Of a DNA stretch of 64,000 nt, positions 58,702 through 64,000 are shown piece after piece. The first letter of the stretch is position 1. The number at the start of each line of letters is the position of its first letter. Position numbers and translations under genes: made by a program. Source of the DNA: Gammaproteobacteria bacterium (GTDB lineage Bacteria; Pseudomonadota; Gammaproteobacteria; GCA-002705445; GCA-002716945); assembly GCA_002716945.1 (NCBI GenBank), contig PBCF01000002.1, positions 286,481 through 350,480 of the forward strand. The letters are read 5' to 3'. The notes under the pieces were generated by a model. It worked only from the letters and a program-made list of their open reading frames with translations. It made no database searches and had not been told where the DNA came from.

Positions 58702-59929
58702 AGCTATAATATTGAATAAATATTTGAATAAAATAAATAAGATTAAAAGCAAACATGCTAAATTTTCTCATAAAGAAACTGATTATGTATTAAATGTTCT
58801 GGATAATAACAATAATGAAAACTATATTGTTAAATTAGAAAAGAAATTCTCACAAATATTTAAACGAAAATATTCTATTGCTTGTAATTCCGGAACATCT
58901 GGATTACATGCAAGCTTATCTGCTTTAAATCTAAAGCCGGGAGATGAGGTTATCGTTCCTGGGCTTACTGTAGTAATGGATGCTTATGCTGCAATACATC
59001 TTGGTGCAACTCCTATTTTTGCTGATGTTCACGAAGATACCTTTTTAATTACTGCAAAATCTATTGAGGAAAAAATTTCTAAAAAAACTAAAGCGGTAAT
59101 AGTAGTATCATTACAAGGATTACCAGTAGATATTGATCCTATAATGAAATTATCAAGAAAACATAAATTTTATGTTATTGAAGATAATGCCCAAGATTTT
59201 AGTGGTGTCTACAAAAAGAGAATATCAGGCTGTACTGGACATATTGGTATATGGAGTTTTGAAAACAAAAAACATTTAAGCGGGGCAACAGAAGGTGGAA
59301 TGATCTGTACAAATAATAAGAAATTAGCAACTAATATTAGAAAATTTGCTGGCATAGGTTATAAAAACATGACTGCAACTGGTGGGAGAACTTCTTTGGC
59401 TATATCACAAGTCCAAGATCCGAACTATTGCAGATTTGATACCATTGGTCTAAATTATCGTATGCCGAATATCGTTGCGGCAGTATGCCTTGGTCAATTG
59501 GAATCATATAAATCAATCATCTCTAGAAGGCAAAAAGTTGCAGCAATATTTAGAGAAGCAATCAATGGTTGTGATTGGTTGATTGAGCAAGGTAATCCAG
59601 ATAAATATACGCATACACACTATACATTTGCTGTGCGCTATTTAGGTAAAGAGCATTTCGGTGTCCCATGGAAAACATTCTATAATGAGTATAAAAAATT
59701 AGGAGGTGATGGGTTCTATGGAGCATGCGTTTGTCCTCATCTAGAACCATCAATTCTTAAATATATAAAGATGAGTAAGTATAAACATAAAATTATAATA
59801 CCAATAGCTGAAAAAATTCAAAAGCAAATAATGCAATTTAAAACTAACTACAGAAATCTTAAAACTGCAGAAAAAAAAGCAACCATCCTTAAAAAACTAA
59901 TTAATAAGTTCAATAAGAAGTATGTCTAA
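58685..59929 (+). CDS. DegT/DnrJ/EryC1 PLP aminotransferase
   Basis: NSGTSGLH, EDNAQ, SFENKKHL, EGGM, GLNYRM. Confidence 0.88.
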   Translation: MYKKHRAIILNKYLNKINKIKSKHAKFSHKETDYVLNVLDNNNNENYIVKLEKKFSQIFKRKYSIACNSGTSGLHASLSALNLKPGDEVIVPGLTVVMDAYAAIHLGATPIFADVHEDTFLITAKSIEEKISKKTKAVIVVSLQGLPVDIDPIMKLSRKHKFYVIEDNAQDFSGVYKKRISGCTGHIGIWSFENKKHLSGATEGGMICTNNKKLATNIRKFAGIGYKNMTATGGRTSLAISQVQDPNYCRFDTIGLNYRMPNIVAAVCLGQLESYKSIISRRQKVAAIFREAINGCDWLIEQGNPDKYTHTHYTFAVRYLGKEHFGVPWKTFYNEYKKLGGDGFYGACVCPHLEPSILKYIKMSKYKHKIIIPIAEKIQKQIMQFKTNYRNLKTAEKKATILKKLINKFNKKYV

Positions 59930-60737
59930 AAGTTTAAAATTTGGAATCATCCAAGGTCGTCTTACAAATTCTCCACCTGGTTGTTTGCAATGGTTTCCAC
60001 AAAATGAATGGCAAGATGAATTTCACAAAGCGTCTGAGCTTGGTATAAATTTCATTGAACTGATTGCTGAAATTAACCATAATCCTAATAATCCAATCTG
60101 GACAGATCAAGGTTTAAATAAAATAAAACAGCTAACTTTAAATAACAATTTATCTCTACACAGCTTATGTAATGATTATATTATTGAACACAATATTAAT
60201 GACGATAAGGTAATAGAACAAAATCTAAATCTATTAAAACAATGTTCTAAAATCGGTATAAAAAAATATATAATGCCATTCTTTGAAAAAAGTGAAATAA
60301 ACTCAAAAAACTATAATGAATTTATATCAACGATAACTATGATTGCAGATGAAGCTGAAAAATTAAATATTTCCTTATCTTTAGAAACTATACTAACTGG
60401 GAAAGAATTATTAAATTTATTAGAACTAGTAAATCATAAGAATATTAAAATTGTTTACGATACAGGTAATAGAGTCGCTTTTGGTCATGATCTTTCTGGA
60501 GATATTGAATTGTTATCACAAAACATTAACCATATACATATCAAAGATAAAAATATTAAAAATGATAATGTATTATTAGGAACTGGATTAGTTAATTTCC
60601 ATGACGTTTTTCAATCACTTATAAAAATAAAATACAAGGGGTCTTATGTTTTTGAGACAACTCGTGGTAAATACCCAATGAAAACTGCAGCATATAATAT
60701 GCAATTAGTTAACTTTTTTGTAGAAAATCTAACTTGA
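59922..60737 (+). CDS. Sugar-phosphate isomerase/epimerase (xylose-isomerase-like TIM barrel)
   Basis: GIIQGRL, LET, YDTGN, HIHIKD, LGTG, FET. Confidence 0.82.
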   Translation: MSKSLKFGIIQGRLTNSPPGCLQWFPQNEWQDEFHKASELGINFIELIAEINHNPNNPIWTDQGLNKIKQLTLNNNLSLHSLCNDYIIEHNINDDKVIEQNLNLLKQCSKIGIKKYIMPFFEKSEINSKNYNEFISTITMIADEAEKLNISLSLETILTGKELLNLLELVNHKNIKIVYDTGNRVAFGHDLSGDIELLSQNINHIHIKDKNIKNDNVLLGTGLVNFHDVFQSLIKIKYKGSYVFETTRGKYPMKTAAYNMQLVNFFVENLT

Positions 60738-60773
60738 ATACTATTTTATCTCTAATGGTTTATAATATAAATA

Positions 60774-61604
60774 ATGAATATATCATCTAAATTTAATTTA
60801 TCTAATGATATTGCTGTTGTTACCGGTGGAGCAGGATTACTTGGTTTAAAACATTGTGAAGCGCTACTTGAAGCTGAGTCTAAGGTAATTATAATGGATT
60901 TAGATAAAAAAGCCCTTGCTAAAGCAGCTGATATATTTACAGATAAATATAATGGACAGTTTTTGGCTTTAGATGTAGACGTTACGAAAGAAAAACAAAT
61001 TATTTTAGCAAAAGAAAAAATTTACAAGAAATTTAATTCTTATCCAACAATATTAATTAATAATGCAGCAATAGATACAAAATATGAAACCGATAACATA
61101 GTTAATAAAACTAGATTAGAAGAATTTGATCTTGAGCAATGGAACATTGAAATTTCTGTTGGCTTATCTGGAGCTTTTTTATGTTGTAAACATTTTGGAA
61201 TTGAAATGTCTAAAAAAAGCAGAGGAGTTATTCTTAACATTTCATCGGACCTGGGTCTAATTGCACCTAGTCAGTTCTTGTATGAAGATAAACAGTTATC
61301 AAATGAAAATCAATCCGTGAAACCTATTACATACTCTGTAATTAAACATGGTCTGATAGGGCTAACTAGGTACATGTCTACATATTGGGCAAAAAACGGA
61401 GTCAGATGCAATGCCTTAGCACCTGGAGGTGTCTATAATGAGCATGATAAAAATTTTGTAAATAAGCTCTCTAATTTAATTCCTATAGGAAGAATGGCTA
61501 GAATTGATGAATATAAATCAACAATAGTTTTTATGTGTAGTGACGCGAGTAGTTATATGAATGGCGCTGTTCTAGTCATGGACGGCGGAAGAACTACTTG
61601 GTAA
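60774..61604 (+). CDS. SDR oxidoreductase (PtmA-like)
   Basis: TGGAGLLG, NNAA, YSVIK, NALAPGGV, DGG.T.W. Confidence 0.88.
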   Translation: MNISSKFNLSNDIAVVTGGAGLLGLKHCEALLEAESKVIIMDLDKKALAKAADIFTDKYNGQFLALDVDVTKEKQIILAKEKIYKKFNSYPTILINNAAIDTKYETDNIVNKTRLEEFDLEQWNIEISVGLSGAFLCCKHFGIEMSKKSRGVILNISSDLGLIAPSQFLYEDKQLSNENQSVKPITYSVIKHGLIGLTRYMSTYWAKNGVRCNALAPGGVYNEHDKNFVNKLSNLIPIGRMARIDEYKSTIVFMCSDASSYMNGAVLVMDGGRTTW

Positions 61605-61627
61605 TTTAATTAAAAAATATCTAAATT

Positions 61628-63448
61628 ATGAAATCTTTAATTCTTACAAAAAGATTGGTATTTCCATGGTTATATAGAAATTTTTTATTATTTGGAAGAA
61701 AATCGTATCTTAAAAACAAATCAAATCATACTGTAGTACAAGAAGATTTATTTATGGCTAAAAACTACAGAAATTGTGATCATGAAGCTTCATGCAGTGA
61801 AGATTATTTAATTAATAAGTTAACAGATAATAAAAATTTTAAATTTTTAATTGATTGGGCGGGTGAGAGATATACTAATTATGTTGTTGGTAAGCATTTA
61901 ATATTTGAAGCTAAAAAGATTTTTAAATCATTTAGATATGCTGAATTAATTAGTGAAAAATATACTTTAAAGAATAATGTATATCTTTACCCTGATAATT
62001 TTGATATTTCTATATATAATATATTGAGACAAAAATTAACAAAAAAAATAAAACTTCCATATCTGTCATTAATTTATATGACTTTAAGAAGTGTGTTTAA
62101 GTCTGTATATTTTAATTTTAAAACATTATTATATCCTGAGTTTCTACTAATAAAATCCTGTCAAAGATCAAAGTTAGGGATCAACAAATATAAATTTTGT
62201 ATTCATATAGATGATGGATTGAAAGATCTGGCAATTCATCCACATGATTTATTTGTAATAAATAAAAATATTACTAAAAAAGATATATTATTTGTTAGTT
62301 TATCTAAAACAAAGCAAAAATGGATATCCCATTATTTAAAAAATAACTATAATGTTTTAGATATTAATAAAGTCAATAATTATATATCTAAATCTATGTA
62401 TTTTTCTAACATATACTGTAAATCATTTAAATTTAGATTTAAACTTTTTTGGCTTGGTATCAAATATCCTTGGCTATCATCTTCAATATTTAATATTTTA
62501 AAACAAAAAATCTTATGGGATATATTTCACGAATTAATCAAAACAAAATGTATTATAAGAATTATGACAGCTGAAGATATAACAGCATCAGTCGTACATA
62601 AATACAATAATGTGGACACGCTTTTTCTTTATTTATCAACAACAGAAAAAATAATACAATCTGATATAAAAAAAGGTAAGAGTAATGATCATGATTATAC
62701 TCATATGATATCAAAATACTCAGTTAGCAACGTTGTTTCGAATAATTGGTTAAAAAAACTTGAAAATAATATTGATAAATATATTGATATAGGTCCATTA
62801 TTTTCAGATTTAATACACGAGGCTTATAAAAACAAACAAATAATATTCAAGAAAATTAATATAACGAATAATAATCCTATAATTACTTTCCTTGATCATA
62901 CAGCAGGACACCATGGTGTAATGAATTTTAAAGCTTATAAAGATTTTCTAGAAAGCTTTCTAAAATTATCTAAAAAAAATTTAAATATAAATTATATATA
63001 TAAGAGTAAAAAATCTATTTCATCCATGAAAGAATACTTTGATAATGATATTATTGACTTGATTGAGGTTATTCGTAGTCGCAATAATTGTTGGTATGCT
63101 AATGACTATAAACTCAGTTCATATCAAATATGTGGAGTAGCAGATTTAATTGTTTCTGCACCAATGTCATCTGTAATATTTGAAGCATTCTGTGGTAATA
63201 AAAAAATAATTTCGTATGATAGTACATCAAAGTATAAAGATTTTGATTTTATTTTAAAAAAAGTTCCATATCTACACGCATATACTCATGAACAATTAGA
63301 GAAATTAATTGATCATTGGCTCTTGCAAACAGATAATAATTATTTTAAAAATTATATGAATAAATATATTAAACCGCTGATTGGATTAAATTGTAATAAT
63401 CATGGTAAAATTAAACAATTTAATGAATTTTTAGAAAATATAAATTAA
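61628..63448 (+). CDS. Surface-carbohydrate biosynthesis protein (PFTS-motif-like), candidate transferase
   Basis: C-terminal DLIVSAPMSSVIFEA...ISYD resembles the PFTS-motif polysaccharide proteins (variant PMSS); family call tentative. Confidence 0.5.
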   Translation: MKSLILTKRLVFPWLYRNFLLFGRKSYLKNKSNHTVVQEDLFMAKNYRNCDHEASCSEDYLINKLTDNKNFKFLIDWAGERYTNYVVGKHLIFEAKKIFKSFRYAELISEKYTLKNNVYLYPDNFDISIYNILRQKLTKKIKLPYLSLIYMTLRSVFKSVYFNFKTLLYPEFLLIKSCQRSKLGINKYKFCIHIDDGLKDLAIHPHDLFVINKNITKKDILFVSLSKTKQKWISHYLKNNYNVLDINKVNNYISKSMYFSNIYCKSFKFRFKLFWLGIKYPWLSSSIFNILKQKILWDIFHELIKTKCIIRIMTAEDITASVVHKYNNVDTLFLYLSTTEKIIQSDIKKGKSNDHDYTHMISKYSVSNVVSNNWLKKLENNIDKYIDIGPLFSDLIHEAYKNKQIIFKKINITNNNPIITFLDHTAGHHGVMNFKAYKDFLESFLKLSKKNLNINYIYKSKKSISSMKEYFDNDIIDLIEVIRSRNNCWYANDYKLSSYQICGVADLIVSAPMSSVIFEAFCGNKKIISYDSTSKYKDFDFILKKVPYLHAYTHEQLEKLIDHWLLQTDNNYFKNYMNKYIKPLIGLNCNNHGKIKQFNEFLENIN

Positions 63449-63450
63449 AT

Positions 63451-64000
63451 ATGAATAATATTGAAACTTATAAAAATAAATATAAAAATAATGGTTATTT
63501 TATCGTAAAAGATGTTTTTGATAAAAATACTATCAACAAAGTTATATCTGAAATTGATGTAGCACAAGATGTGCAAAAATATACAGATAAAAAAGGAAAT
63601 TTAAGAAGAATAGAGAGATTATATGACAAAGGGATCTATCTAAAAAAAATTAATTCATCTGTTCTTTCTATATTAAAAAAAATTTTTGATAAAGATTTTA
63701 CAATTTTTAAAGATAAATGTAATTCAAAACCACCTGGTGGCGAAGGTTTTTTTGCTCACTATGATGGTATATTCTTGTTTAAAAATAATAATGGTAAAAA
63801 AGAGAAGGGTTGGTATAAATATACTGATTTTTTTATTAATGTTTTAATAGCATTAGACGATTGTAATAAAGAAAATGGAACGATTGAAATCTCAAATGCT
63901 CATTCTGGTGATTTTGATCAGCTTTTATTAAATACAAAACAAAATGGAACTCCAGATATACTAAATAATATTGAGCAAAGTATTGATTTTGAACCAATTG
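63451..64000 (+). CDS. PhyH-family Fe(II)/2-oxoglutarate dioxygenase (3'-truncated by window edge, absent from ORF track)
   Basis: Manual translation: MNNIETYKNKYKNNGYFIVKDVF...FKDKCNSKPPGGEGFFAHYDG...IALDDCNKENGTI; HxD facial motif; open to the window end. Confidence 0.85.
   Translation, partial: MNNIETYKNKYKNNGYFIVKDVFDKNTINKVISEIDVAQDVQKYTDKKGNLRRIERLYDKGIYLKKINSSVLSILKKIFDKDFTIFKDKCNSKPPGGEGFFAHYDGIFLFKNNNGKKEKGWYKYTDFFINVLIALDDCNKENGTIEISNAHSGDFDQLLLNTKQNGTPDILNNIEQSIDFEPI

Noticed and set aside
1341-61240. Many short minus-strand ORFs (60-113 aa) in the ORF track
   Set aside because: All lie antisense within well-supported plus-strand genes and show no recognisable motifs; they are shadow ORFs. 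Only maf (7252-7839) is accepted on the minus strand
20000-64000. Poly-A/T tracts as phase-variation sites, and CRISPR-like or tandem repeats
   Set aside because: Runs of 7-9 A/T are expected at this base composition and the ORFs containing them are intact; no poly-G/C tracts or regularly spaced repeats were seen

Overview
Very AT-rich bacterial chromosome segment. Gene order and tRNAs look gammaproteobacterial and streamlined, and the soxB fragment suggests a sulfur oxidiser (inference). Bases 1-13.1 kb are housekeeping: 3' end of soxB, glyA-nrdR-ribD-ribC-ribB(X)-ribH-nusB-thiL-pgpA, maf (minus strand), rpmF-plsX-fabH, family-5 udg, uvrC and pgsA. Next is the tRNA Gly-Cys-Leu cluster, interrupted by a NeuD/PglD-like acetyltransferase and with no encoded CCA ends, followed by a lipoprotein gene and fhs. 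From 16.7 kb to the end is a very large plus-strand surface-glycan locus: waaL-like ligase, ugd, rfaH, then an ops element followed by at least 41 co-oriented genes. These include a legionaminic-acid-type module with an extra SDR, formyltransferase and class III aminotransferase; wzz, wzy and a PglK-like ABC flippase; wbpM- and wbpL-like genes; a UDP-sulfoquinovose synthase; a split heparinase-like gene; and asnB. A second, atypical nonulosonate module has HddC, CBS-HddA, a NeuB-TIM-barrel fusion, NeuA, two SDRs, a class IV aminotransferase, GNAT, DegT and a PhyH-like dioxygenase. The clearest new non-coding signal is the palindrome TATGTTCA-N5-TGAACATA, found twice, directly after predicted -10 boxes of rfaH and of the ops leader. 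It is a candidate operator for the locus-encoded MarR/EPS regulator. No integrase, transposase, CRISPR array or rRNA gene was seen. All protein calls come from motif recognition by eye, without database searches.
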